Of a stretch of DNA of 64,000 nucleotides, positions 47,848 through 60,135 are shown piece after piece. Position 1 is the first letter of the stretch. The number at the start of each line of letters is the position of its first letter. The stretch spans positions 98,580,001-98,644,000 of the forward strand of contig NC_135658.1 of NCBI RefSeq assembly GCF_964188315.1. Direction: 5' to 3'. The notes under the pieces were generated by a model. That model ran no database searches, was not told the origin of the DNA, and saw only the letters and a list, made by a program, of their open reading frames with translations. Source of the stretch: Podarcis muralis (lineage: Eukaryota). The translations under genes and the position numbers were made by a program.

Positions 47848-49639
47848 GCAAGTTGCCCGCTCTTAGAGCTGGACTAGATGGGTGATGGCTCTAGTCTGAT
47901 CCAGCGCTACCCCATGGCTACCCTTGGGTGATTTGGCGGTGGTTGGGATTTGTTATATTTTTGTGCTGATTCTTTTGATTGTTGAAGGCACCTCAGATCT
48001 GAACACTGGGTGCTCCTAGGTTGCTGAGGGAGAGCTCTGTGGGCATGACGGGACACCTCAGAGGCACATCTCTGATTCCAGACTGGAGACTTGTCCCTTG
48101 TCATCATAGGCCAAGCCTGAATCTAATGTACTTTGATACACAGAATGTTGTTGAAGAATCAGGTGCAAGATGGGTCAGGGAGTGGTTTTCCACCATAGAT
48201 ATCTCAGACATCATTCATGCCTGAGTTTTCAATTTTCCCAAGGGGAACTTCAAAAGCTGCAGGATTACTGGGCTTATAAAACGAAGTTTCATCCTTCGGA
48301 GTCTTCTAAGAACCTCATCTAACTTCAGCATATAAAACTCTGGCCCTTGTATTTATACTAAAATGAAAGAATATATTGTCTGCACACATTATTTTATTGT
48401 TTAAATGGTTCTCGTTCATGTTTCATTTCAATAATATTTCCCCAGCTTGTAAAGCTTATGTTACGTTGAGCTCCTCTTTAAATTCACAATGCATAAAACT
48501 GCCAGGTGGCCTAATAGCAGAGTGCATTAACAGATTGAACTATAAATCAGATGGCTGGGTTCACATACTGTAAAAATACCACAATTTTCTTCCAGATCAA
48601 AGTTTGTACACTTATTTTATCAGGCGCTAAGACTGAACTCAAAATATTCCACCCCCCACCTCAAATGCCACAGTCAGAATGCAATCATTTATACAGCAGT
48701 TATACCTAGAAGACAAAGAAAAAGAAGCAACTCTTCACATTTTTCTACCATTTTTTTAAAAAAATAAGCCATTCATTTTCCATAGGATAGAATACTTATT
48801 CAGAGAACCACAGTAACAATGTAGGTTGTATGCTGATTAATGAATTTTAGTGAAAATATTTAGTGAAAAATATTGAATACCGCCATGCAGTAGTAATGCG
48901 TCTATGAGATTATGCACGCACATCTGTTATGGGGTCACTTGTAGAAGTCTTCCTTCCAAAAGGAGCAAGCTTCTCAACACCCAAAACAGCAGATCCACAT
49001 GCAGAAATATAATTTAACGTATGAATTACATTTACTCCACTGACGCTAAATCTGAACAAGTGAAATAAGAATAGACATGTAATAGTCATGGAGGAATTAA
49101 TTAAAAAGATATTACTCTGTTCATCAATTTAGCCTGATTTTGTTCATGATTTAGATTATTGAGCCCAACTGACATCAACGGTATCACAATTCTATGCATG
49201 TGATGATTTAGCACTTAAATAAAAAAAAGGATTCTATTCTGCCATTTTCTGTTTTGTCCTTCTCCCTTTCTCTTCTTTATTCTCAGTTTTCTTCTTATGT
49301 CCTTCCTAGCAACTGGTAGTACCTGCACAAACTGGGCTCACCTGGTAAAAGAGGTGGTTATACACCATTACTTCCTTCCACAGTTGACATGAAGCATATA
49401 CTTGTAATTAGGAAATTGGCCTTTTAAAGTGGCAGGTGGCAGAGAAGGAGTGTAAGCTGCCTATATTGCTGTACTTCCAGGGAAAACCTCATGTGTGACT
49501 CTCATTCTCTGTCCTTCCTGAAGGCAAATGTGTGCTTTGAACTTCTACCTTAATCCTGAAGCCCCTGGTTCAACACAGAATGTGGCCATGGTTTGGGGCC
49601 ACTTCCTGTGTTCAGCTTTGCCTACAGAAAAAGCACATA

Positions 49640-49881
49640 CAGTGATACCTCGGATTACAAACACCTCAGGTTACAAACACCTCGGGTTACAGACTCCGCT
49701 AACCCAGAAGTAGTACCTCGCATTAAGAACTTTACCTCAGGATGAGAACAGAAATCGCGTGCCGGCGGTGCGGTGGCAGCAGGAGGCCCCATTAGCTAAA
49801 GTGGTACCTCAGGTTAAGAATGGTTTCAGGTTAAGAACGAACCTCCGGAACGAATTAAGTTCGTAACCAGAGGTACCACTG
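49640..49881 (-). mobile_element. Tigger-like MITE, family A
   Basis: Reverse of 28518-28759, TA TSD. Confidence 0.93.
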
Positions 49882-50838
49882 TACAAGAATCAGATCCCTG
49901 TCACTACTTGCTTGGTTGACTGGCACAGTTAGTGAGTTGTGGTTGTTTTATTATGTCCTGTTCTAATCAGCTGAGGACAAGCAGTTATGTTTTTCCAGTC
50001 ATAGATTACTCCAGAAAATGAATGTTTAATCATTCTGCCTTGGTTCAGCATTTTTGGGAGTATCACTGCGCGATGCTAACTTCTGTAGAGAAGTGACACT
50101 CCTTCAAAGCCTTGTCCAGACATTACGTCCTTGTTTTTCATGCCACAGTGTGTACTAAGTGCCCCAAATAATAGTGCATCCCAGAAGCACAAAGGTCTTG
50201 TGTTGAAATGTCTTTGTTTCTTTTTGCTTATTGTTTCAAGCTAATGTCTGCCATTCTGTGTGGGTGTTTATTCAGCTTCATTTAATTTCTTATTATGTCT
50301 TGCTTTTTTGTCAATAGTGCATTTGGAAAGCATATTTTCACTGCCTTGCACAATAAGCTTCTTGTTGCTGATGCCCTGACAGAAATTGAGATATTGATGT
50401 AAAGCTGTAGCTATTGATCCAACTTTGTTTCTTGGCTGTAGTCAGATGCCGAGCTTAGTAGTTTACAGAATTCTGCTCTTGCCATTGTCTTGCGGGGAAA
50501 AGGAGACGGGCAGGAGAAACTCTCTGGCGATTCAAAACCAGCCATAAAAAATATACCGTTATGTCAGGTGTCAAATCAGACTTTGCATCCAGAGTTGCGC
50601 AACCATGGCAAAAATGATGAACTATTAGAATGCCAGAAATAATTACTCTGATACAGTAATCATTTCATTGTTGAAGGAAGTCATTTCCTCGGTTTGTGAT
50701 TTGAGTCTTCCTGTGTTGATGGATCCAGAGCCAAAGTTGTGCCATCCATGCACATTAGCAGGCCGAGAGTAACCCCATGGGGGAAATGGAAAGGAGTGGC
50801 TGGAAAAGGAGGGGACACACACACTAATTAGTCTACCA

Positions 50839-51094
50839 CATGGGTAGGCAAACTAAGGCCCGGAGGCTGGATCTGGTCCACCTGCCTTCTGGATCCGGCC
50901 CACAGACGGTCCAGGAATCGCCTCGTGGATCTGATCGTTTGGGTAGAATGTGTCCTTTTATTTAAAATACATCTCTGGGTTATTTGTGGGAATTCATTCA
51001 TTCCTCCCCCCAAAAAAAAAAATATAGTCCGGCCCCCCACAAGGTGTGAGGGACAGTAGACTGGCCCCCTGCTGAAAAAGTTTGCCGACCCCTG
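50839..51094 (+). mobile_element. Non-autonomous hAT (Charlie-like)
   Basis: TIRs CATGGGTAGGCAAACT / AGTTTGCCGACCCCTG, TSD GTCTACCA / GTCTACCG. Confidence 0.92.
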
Positions 51095-51612
51095 GTCTAC
51101 CGCATTGGTCTGACCATAAGCCACACCCCTAAAATGAGATCTCTTCAGTCACAGCATCTCTACCTCTAAGAGTATAATTATAGGCTGCTCTCAAGTCAGA
51201 TTTGGAAAGGTAGTGTGGCCTGAATGCAGACAATACAGTATGCAGAAAGAATCACCACCTTGTCTGGATAGAGAGGCCATTTCCTCATCACCCTAAGAAG
51301 CTATTTTAAAATGTCCCCAAGGACAGGACAGGAGAGCTACCCATATAAATCAATGGAGAAACCCAAGATTTTGATGTAGGTGGACTAGACACAAGTGTGG
51401 CCACCCCAGGCACCCAAAAATAAAAATGAATGTTGGGGGTGGAACGATGAAGAAAGCAAGTCAATGAGGACTGAGCATGCCCAACAGGGGAAGAATGGGG
51501 TATCAGGAGGCCAAAATAAATTGAATGACTAGAAAACTGAATTGAAGTGCTCCATGCTGCAGCAACTTTGTTGCAGGACCCTGCTTGTCTATCATGAATA
51601 ACCTCTACAGTA

Positions 51613-51969
51613 CAGTGGTGCCTCGCAAGACGAAATTAATTCGTTCCGCGAGTTTTGTCGTATTGCGATTCTTTTCGTCTTGCGAAGCACGGTGTCGGGA
51701 AAGTTTTGGAAAAGCTTCAAAAATCACCAAAGTCTTTAAAAACCTCAAAAAAAGGCTACCACACCGCGTGCTATGAGTTGCTCCTCGAAGTCAAGTCGCA
51801 GCTGTATTAACGGTGTTAAGAAAAAGGGAACAAACTTGCAAGACGTTTCCGTCTTGCGAAGCAAGCCCATAGGGAAAATCGTCTTGCGAAGCAGCTCAAA
51901 AAACAAAAAACCCTTTTTGTCTAGCGAGTTTTTTGTCTTGCAAGGCATTTGTCTTGCGAGGTACCACTG
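51613..51969 (-). mobile_element. Tigger-like MITE, family C
   Basis: TA-CAGTGGTGCCTCGCAAGACG...CTTGCGAGGTACCACTG-TA. Confidence 0.93.
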
Positions 51970-52932
51970 TATGAGATCCTGACTCAGCAACAGGCTTATA
52001 AAACAATAGCCTCATAGAAGGGCTATACAGGCAAATTATTAAAATAACTGGAAGTTGCCTTGGTTTTATGGAGAAGGAAAGAGCAAGGCTGTTTTAAATA
52101 AATAAACATCGGTATTGGATTTCTCCAATGAAAATGTTGTTTTGTTTCAAAAAGACCATCAGGATTTTACAAAACCCACTTATGCTTTTGGAAGGTCAAT
52201 ATAGTGAAAAGTCAAAAGTGCAAAAATGAACCAGGCTGAACTTGCTTTTCAGTCACACTGGCATCACTCCTGCTTGCTTGATCCTGTTTCAGGTTTTGTT
52301 TTATGTAAGACTACCCTCTAGCAGATTTGGGTAGGCCAATATTGCACAACTTAGGAACACAGACGAGTGCAGTAAGTCATGAAGCTGAAAAGCAGAAACT
52401 AAGGATCTAATTTATCCCAAAACATTACTCAGCAGTTTAACAACCACACTCATTGTTGTAATTAGAACATTTGTGTAATATTTAAAGGCTCCACTCCAAT
52501 CCCATGAAAGAGTATTTCCACTGAAATTAGCTGGTCTTTTGAAATAACCAAGACAAATCTAGTGGAGTGTGGGGGGAATTGACTATATTAAATATAACAG
52601 AATAAAAATTAAGATTCAGGGCTCCATATACACAGCCAGTTTACATATTAATTAACTGCTTATATATCCTAGTTGTTTTGTCCTGTTAGACTCATGCTCC
52701 TATCAGGCCACCTATGAACAAGTTAGTTCTAATGTTGGTAATAATTGCCGTGCTAGATAGCCCCAGAGAGAACAGTCTCATGCCACTTTAAACAGTTATG
52801 GCTTCCCCCAAAGAATTCTGGGAATGGTAGTTTGTTAAGGGTGCTGAGTTGTTAGGAGTTACAATTACCACAGTTTCCTGAGGGAATTACACTGGGAACT
52901 ATAGCGCTGTTAGGGAGCTAGGGGTTCCCAGC

Positions 52933-53386
52933 CAGTGGCGGAGGAACCCTCTCCGGCACCCGGGGTGGGGCAGCTTGTACGCAGTGCGCATGTGCGGCAC
53001 ATGCGCAGTCCTAATGGAATGCCGCACATGCGCACTCCGTACGGGCTGCCACTCATGCACGGCAGCTGTACAGGCTGCTGCGTGAGTGACATCCCATACG
53101 GAGTGCGCATGTACAGCAGCCCGTACAGACACCATACAAGCGGACTTCCATACACAGTGCGCACTCGTGGCATCCCATACAGTCGCCATGCGAGAGGTAA
53201 CCCATATGGACGGCATGAGAGAGCTGCAGCCCATACGGACGCTGTGCGAACGGCGCCCTTACGGACTGTGTGCGCCCTCAGCCGCTCTACAGCTGGAGGG
53301 AGGCAGGGGCGATCTTGTCAACACCCCCCCCAAAGTGGCACTCGGGTCAGGCTGCCCCCTCCGTCCCCCCCCTTACTACACCCCTG
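52933..53386 (+). mobile_element. Non-autonomous hAT-like element with CpG-rich internal repeats
   Basis: Ends CAGTGGCGGAGG / CTACACCCCTG, perfect TSD TTCCCAGC (52925-52932 / 53387-53394), repeated GCGCATG and CATACGG motifs. Inserted in an older palindromic repeat. Confidence 0.9.
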
Positions 53387-53812
53387 TTCCCAGCCACTCT
53401 CAGCACCCTTAACTAACTTCTGTTCCCAGTTTGCGTAGCACAGGTTCTTGGGAAGGAGAAATGAGGTGCCCAAACTGGAGCCAGGCGCCATGTGGGGAAG
53501 AACCATCTTGGCAGGCTAGGACAGAGGGAAGGGAATGGTTTGCATTCATTGGATTCATTGGATTCCAATGCTGCACTGTTGTGAGGAACAAGCCCCTCCT
53601 GAGATGTAATCCTGTGAATTCTCGTCCTCCGCCTAGACCCAGGTGTCAAATAAATAAACCATATATCTTAAAACACTACAGTCTCTGATGTGCCTGAATC
53701 CCTAATGGAAAAACAAGCACCTGGAACCCCCCTGGAATTTGGCTACCGCTTGGCAAATATTGGGGGTAGCGCACAACATTTTTAATGATATTGTGCAGAT
53801 CAGACCTAACAC

Positions 53813-53940
53813 CAGGCCTCCTCAACCTCGGCCCTCCAGATGATTTTGGCCTACAACTCCCTAGCTAGCAGGACTAGTGGTCAGGGATGATGGGAATTGT
53901 AGTCTCAAAACATCTGGAGGGCCGAGGTTGAGGAAGCCTG
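53813..53940. mobile_element. hAT MITE (128 bp)
   Basis: TIRs CAGGCCTCCTCAACCTCGGCCCTCCAGATG / CATCTGGAGGGCCGAGGTTGAGGAAGCCTG, perfect TSD CCTAACAC. Confidence 0.95.
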
Positions 53941-54915
53941 CCTAACACTATAGACGTTTTCTGATTCAAATATAGGACTGCTTCTGAAAGATGGCAGCTC
54001 CACATCAAAATGGCCCCCTCTGCAATGCCCTCGCTTCGTTATAGGTTGTGTTTTACCCAACCCCACAAAATAGCAATGGCAACTGCATGGATACGTTGTA
54101 TCAGAGATTACAGAAGGGAAGGGATTTTTTTTTTAAAAAATCATCTGCTTCATCTAATGATAACTGGGGAATAAATGTGGATTTAAATGAAGTTCATTCC
54201 AGAGGAAATGTGGTGGTATTAATTGCCAGGCATTGTGCAGTTGGGGCCTGCAGACAGATCAAATTTATTTAGTTGGCTTCCCTTTTGTGCTAAAGCCGTT
54301 TTTTCTTATCCATGTGTCATAGAGAAGCTACTAATGTCTTGTTTTACCCAAATTCCACAGGGAATAAGCCTTTGGTTGCCTCCGCATTAGCCCTTTTCTC
54401 TGAAATTGCCTTTGTTCACTCACTGTTTGCAGAGCATACAGACAATGCCCTATTAGTAATTTCTTGTCAGTTGTTTTATACAGCAAAATACCAATGCAAA
54501 TATTGTGATTTTAAAGACAAAATCAAAATATAATGGGTGGAAATCAGTAAGGACTCCCTCTGGAAACTAGCATAGGACAATTAAAATAAAGGCTGTTGAA
54601 GGGAAATCACTCGCTATTCCCACAACTGGGATCAATAGGACGCATAAAACTGGCTGAATCAGGAAGCAATAAACATTTATTTGAAGTTGCTGGAGGCCTT
54701 TGCTGAATGGAACTTACCTGTGAGTTGACATTATTGAAGGATCTTGATCATGGGTAGGCAAACTAAGGCCCAGGGGCTGGATCCTGCCCAATCGCCTTCT
54801 TAATCCGGCCTGCGGACGGACTGGGAATCAGTGTGTTGTTACATGCATAGAACATGTCCTTTTATTTAAAATGCATCTCTGGGTTATTTGTGGGGCATAG
54901 GAATTTGTTCTCCCC

Positions 54916-54918
<3 letters not shown>

Positions 54919-54963
<45 letters not shown>
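54919..54963. repeat. (AT)n microsatellite
   Basis: Perfect run inside the hAT element. Confidence 0.98.
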
Positions 54964-54966
<3 letters not shown>

Positions 54967-54987
54967 CCCCCCCCCCCAAGATCTGAG

Positions 54988-55169
54988 CAGTGGCGTAGCG
55001 TGGGTTGTCAGCACCCGGGGCAAGGCAAGTAATTTGCGCCCCTAACCCATGGATTTGCGCCCCCTAACCCGTGGATTTGCGCCCCCTAACCTGTGGATTT
55101 GCCCTAACCCCAGATGTTGCGCCCGGTGCGGCCGCCCCCCCCCCCTGCACCCCCCATGCTACACCACTG
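54988..55169. mobile_element. Nested hAT-like MITE with internal tandem repeats
   Basis: TIRs CAGTGGCGTAGCGTGGG / CCCATGCTACACCACTG, perfect TSD GATCTGAG (54980-54987 / 55170-55177). Confidence 0.93.
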
Positions 55170-55999
55170 GATCTGAGGGACAGTGGACTGGCCCCCTGCT
55201 GAAAATGTTTGCTGACCCCTGACCTTGATCATCGGCACAGGCACGGCTAGTTAACGTAATGCTTTGTTAAATGCTGTGTGGTCATAGCTCAGTGGGTGAG
55301 CTTCGCATGTGTGGTGTCCCTGATCCTATCCTGGCACCTCCGAATAAGGCTGGGACTGTCCCCCTTCTGAAACCTGGTGAACTGTTGCCAGTGAGCATTT
55401 TGCACAACTGCACCGTGGATTCTGGGAACCTGGAAGCAGCGGCCACTTCACCTCACTTTTCCAGCAGGGGTTCCACCATCCAAGGCAGCCGCCTCAGTCT
55501 GCCTCATGGACCAGCCGGCCCCAAATTGGACCAATGATATAAACCACCTTCCCAATTCTGCTTCCAGCTCATTTAGGAAGAGTGATTTCAGCAATTCAGT
55601 TATGGAGTACTATGTATTATCTACATGACATCTGAGTGAATCTTACTTTTCAGTTCCATGGATTTACTATATTGAGAATGTCCTTCTAAAACTGAAATGG
55701 CTCGTATTGCAGCCTCCATGCAAGTAGCACACTCTGATCTGGGAGCCCTCTCATTAATCCCAATTGTACGGGTGATGAATGTGCAGAGCCAAAGTACTAT
55801 ATATGTGACTAAAAGCTTTCTGGCCCTAGTGTTGCTTGACATGAAAAGTAATAGAGTTGTGAATATCCTTGGTTACAATTTTGCTCTTCCATGAAGATAC
55901 TACTTGATATAAAAGCCACTATATAATTTCAGTTTAAGTCACCCTCACCCCCCAACAATATGCAGAATAATAAAACAAGCCTATGTTAACCTAGCCTGC

Positions 56000-56370
56000 T
56001 AGCACGGATTGCCAAGTCTGTCAATTTTGCCTTCTTTTGGTTTCTCATTTTTCCAGTTTTCCATGTTTCTACATCAGTTTGCAATTTAAAAAAAAACTCA
56101 TGAAAATTCATCCGCATTCTCCAAAAATATGCAACTTTCTATGCAATTTTGCCTAGCACGCACACATCTACAAGCCATTTTCCTAATAAAGTGCATTTTG
56201 TCTGTTTTGTTCACTAATATATCTACTGCAGTTACCAGAAGCAGCTGTTGGAGAATTGCACAGCAAACGTCAGAGAAGGGTGGATTGTGAAGAATGACCA
56301 TAATCTTGTTTCAGAAAATGTTACTTAGGTAGATTCAACTTAAGGTGCAAAGTGAGCCAAATTTCTCCCC
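56000..56370 (+). mobile_element. Old AT-rich DNA transposon, homologue of 12237-12608
   Basis: Shares CATGAAAATTCA, CAATTTTGCCTAG, CTTGTTTCAGAAA and TAGGTAGATTCA blocks. Confidence 0.7.
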
Positions 56371-57924
56371 CCTGCCTGCAAGGTTGTTGTAAGAATTATT
56401 GTAAGAACTGAATACTTGAAATGCACTAAATAATAAAGTATCACTATCATCTACAAGAACTAAGCAGTGACTTTGGTTTATATGACTCCATTTTCACTTA
56501 TATCACACAGAGAGAAAGAGCTCAGTGTAGCTTGCATAGTGCTTCAAAAAGGGATGTTGTTTCCGTTTCCTAGACATATTTTCCTCCCTGAGGTAACAAT
56601 TTTCCTTTTACCCTAAATTTCTCATCCAATGCCACCTTTGCTTGTAGAACCTGTTATTAAGAATTGCTTGACATTTTTTGAAAAAGGAAGCGTTCTACTT
56701 CTTTCAAATTTGCCTAGTTAAATATTATCCAGTATTTGACCTCTAAAAGTGAGGTTTCAATTTGCTTAACTGAGATGAAATTGTACATTGCCCTATTTGA
56801 TTCTTCCATACTGTATATTTGTCTATTATTAGCAAGACATTTTACCCACATAATGTGAGCGGCTGTGTCACACAGACCTCATGCTTACGAAAAGTAATTA
56901 GCACTTAATGAAAACAACTGGCTTGTTATAGAGAGGAAAGCTCCCAGAAAAGGAGACAGAAAGCACAGCAAAGCCTAAAGACTTTTATTTCAGTAGTGAG
57001 GGTCCCCCCCCCCCCCCGCTTTAACAATCTAGTACAATTGTAGAGAGCTGCGGATAAATATTTGAATAAGTGTAGGAGTGTATGTAGCAATTCTAAGTGC
57101 ATCCATCTTCCTGATATCTGTATCAATCAGTACTTCTACAGATGGATTGTATATAAAAATGTACATGAATTTGATATGCTATCTTTGATCTTGGCCTATT
57201 TTAATCTTACCATCGATCCATAAAACATTTGCTGAAATGCCTCCAAGATAACTCTTGTTAAGCAGTTCTTAAAATATTTGTTTTCTCCATCTATTTCAGG
57301 ACAGTGTACACATCACACTCTAACCTGTCACATAGCAATGCTCTCCGCAAAATGCTTTCATGACTTATTCTGCTGCTGTCAGGCCAAGCGGCTGTTCAAC
57401 GGAAGGTGACAGTAATCTGTAGCCAGCAAGAACAGGTCACCTGGAAACTTTTATGAGGGGACAGGGACTGTCTCCTGACCCACTTTGGCCTATTGGTGAA
57501 AGCTGAATCCTTATAGATTTCTCCTTTGACCTGAGCTGCATGACAGAGCACAGGTTGAATTCCTTTTGGATGTTCCACAACTCACCAGTTCTAGGTCACA
57601 GCCGCAGGCTTCCACCTTGACACCTGCTCAGTCTTCTCCCCTTTAATCTTACAACGCTGTACTCCATTACAGCAGCTATCCCCACAACCAAGTCCTATCT
57701 TCCAGGCCCCAAATTAGTAGCATCTGCCAACAGTGTTTTCCGCCACCCACCAACTGCCTTGTGTCATTCTTTCTAGATTTCTCTACTTTTCCCCCCGTCT
57801 TCCAAACTTTCAGTTTACCTTCCTCAGACAACTCAAATCTCCTACATTACATGCAGTGATGCCTGAGAAACTGAACAGTGCACATATGTGGCAGGCTGCA
57901 AGATCAAAGCATATTTTTCCAGTA

Positions 57925-58273
57925 CAGTGGTGCCCCGCAAGACGAATGCCTCGCAAGACGGAAAACCCACTAGACGAAAGGGTTTTCCGTTTTTGAGTTG
58001 CTTCGCAAGACGAATTTCCCTATGGGCTTGCTTAGCAAGACGAAAATGTCTTGCGAGTCTTGCCATTCCCCCCCCCCCCGCTTCCCCCTTTTTTCTAAAC
58101 CGCTAAGCTGCTAATAGCCTTTTAGCAGCTCAGCCGCTAAGCCTTTCATAGCCGCTAAACCGCTAATAGCGCTAATCCGCTAAGCCACTAATGGGGTTGC
58201 TTCGCAAGACGAAAAAACCGCTAGACGAAGAGAATCGCAGAATGGATTCTTTTCATCTTGCGAGGCACCACTG
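57925..58273 (+). mobile_element. Tigger-like MITE, family C, with GCCGCTAA-type array
   Basis: TA-CAGTGGTGCC...GAGGCACCACTG-TA, collinear with 29658-29978. Confidence 0.93.
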
Positions 58274-59409
58274 TATTGCCACCCTCTTTATTTGTGATCC
58301 ATCTCTGTGGTTGTCCACAGGGACCCGGATTCATGAGAGTTCCCATTCATGAGAAGGAACTCTTACATGCATCTGTATATGCACAGAGGCCCCTTCACCC
58401 TGGTCCTGAACTTTCAGAGACTGTGCAGGCTGCACATCGCCACTGCCACATTTCCCTGTCATACATTCAATAAATTGCAGAAGTGCTGTGTGAATGCTCC
58501 TTGTAGCATCACATAACTCCTAAATTAAAACGAGCTTCCACCAATTAATCACCACCAACAGTACTTTTCTATCAGAAACAAATGCTTTCCGGTGATGAAT
58601 ACTCAAAAAGATGAAAAATCAAGTGATACGCTATGCAAGTATTGGTCCAGTTGACTATCATGAAACTAAATATACAGTACATACAGAAATTGAGCAGCCT
58701 ATGTAATGAAAAGATGTATCCATTTTAGACGTTCATTTGTGATCGTATGAGCTGTAGATATGTATCTCATGAATAAAAAAAAAAAGTTGAAGCTATTTTT
58801 TAAAGTAAAATCCTATTTGCTCGTGTTTAAGATTTTCTGAGCTGCTCGCCTCTCTTTTTAATTAAACTTGTTGGCTCAGAGCCTTCCTCATTGTCAAGAA
58901 GTACCGTTGATGTGTGAATCGCTAGCTGTTTGCTGTCTGACACATCTGACTCTGTTGAAAAATTAATGCATGCAAGTTGTCAGCAATGTAGAACTGGACA
59001 AATCAAACTAACAGATGCTCTCTCTGGATCCTGAGCTAGATGTTGCATGGAGTAAGCACTGCCTACTCTTATGCACTGTGCATAAGAGAAGTAGCATTTC
59101 TCACAAAAAGAGTTGCTAGGAGACCCCTATTGCCCTCACAGAACTACAGTTCCCAGAATGGTTTAACAAGCAATCCCTCTCCCCAGGGAACTGTGGGGAT
59201 TGTAGCTCTGTGCTTTGCTTGTATAGTGCAGACAGGTCCCAAGAAATCTGTATGAGCAGAAGCACAAAATCATCACTGGATATACAGCCCTATGAAAAGA
59301 AACCACTTCCCTGCTTTGCTATTCCCCATGTAAACAACAGAGCGAGAATGGCTTCCATTTCACTCCTTTCTAATTAAGCCAAGATGGACCTTTCCCAGTG
59401 GCTTGGATT

Positions 59410-59750
59410 GCAAGAACTTATGTTGCTGCATTTGACCAATGGCCCATTTCCACCAGCATCCTGTTCTCTCAGCGGTCAACCAGATGAGGAGCCTGGAAGC
59501 AGAACCTGAGAGCAACAGCATTTTCCCCACATACGATTCCCAACAACTGACATTCAGAGCCAACAGTGGCAGCTGAAGCTAGCCATTGTGGTTAGCAGCC
59601 ATGGATAACTTCATTCTTCATGGATAACTTCATCCTCCTTTAAAGCCATTGAAACTGGTGGACTGCTCCTTCTTACAGAAGTGAATTCCATTGTTTACCT
59701 ATGTGCTCTGTGAGGATGTACTTTATTTTCTCTGTCCTGAATCTTCCAAT
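59410..59750 (-). mobile_element. CR1 3' fragment
   Basis: CCAGCATCCTGTTCTCTCAGCGGTCAACCAGATG and CCTCCTTTAAAGCCAT are antisense CR1 3' sequence. Contains a local duplication of ATGGATAACTTCAT. Confidence 0.75.
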
Positions 59751-59782
59751 CTAGGGGAAAAGGTGCTGGTATTCACCATGAA

Positions 59783-60135
59783 GGGACGCGGGTGGCACTG
59801 TGGGTTAAACCACAGAGCCTAGGACTTGCCAATCAGAAGGTCGGCAGTTCGAATCCCCGCGACGGGGTGAGCTCCCGTTGCTCGGTCCCTGCTCCTGCCA
59901 ACCTAGCAGTTCGATAGCACGTCAAAGTGCAAGTAGATAAATAGGTACCACTCCGGCGGGATGGTAAATGGCATTTTTGTGCGCTGCTCTGGTTCGCCAG
60001 AAGCGGCTTAGTCATGCTGGCCACATGACCCGGAAGCTATACCACATGACTCCCTCAGCCAGTAAAGCGAGATGAGCGCCGCAACCCCAGAGTCGGCCAC
60101 GACTGGACCTAATGGTCAGGGGTCCCTTTACCTTT
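59783..60135 (+). mobile_element. Sauria-type SINE, full length (GACC-TAAT-GGTC subfamily)
   Basis: TSD TATTCACCATGAA (59770-59782 / 60136-60148). Confidence 0.96.

Larger units (their letters stand above)
45640..47915 (+). mobile_element. CR1 LINE, RT to 3' UTR, hosting nested CR1, Bov-B and hAT insertions
   Basis: Translation AKFSDGTKLFRVVK (FADD-like), ERDLGVMVD, KANSMLGIIR, DIEQLEKVQ. The 3' UTR resumes at 47397-47600 and 47848-47915. Confidence 0.9.
54749..55221 (+). mobile_element. Non-autonomous hAT (Charlie-like) hosting a nested hAT and an (AT)n tract
   Basis: TIRs CATGGGTAGGCAAAC / GTTTGCTGACCCCTG, TSD ATCTTGAT / ACCTTGAT. Same family as 50839. Confidence 0.92.

Noticed and set aside
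50612-50655. ATGATGA...CTGA resembling a C/D box snoRNA
   Set aside because: Only ~38 nt between boxes, with no terminal stem or D'/C' boxes.
52899-53438. ORFs with repeated PYG motifs
   Set aside because: Translation of CCATACGG repeat units inside a hAT-like element.
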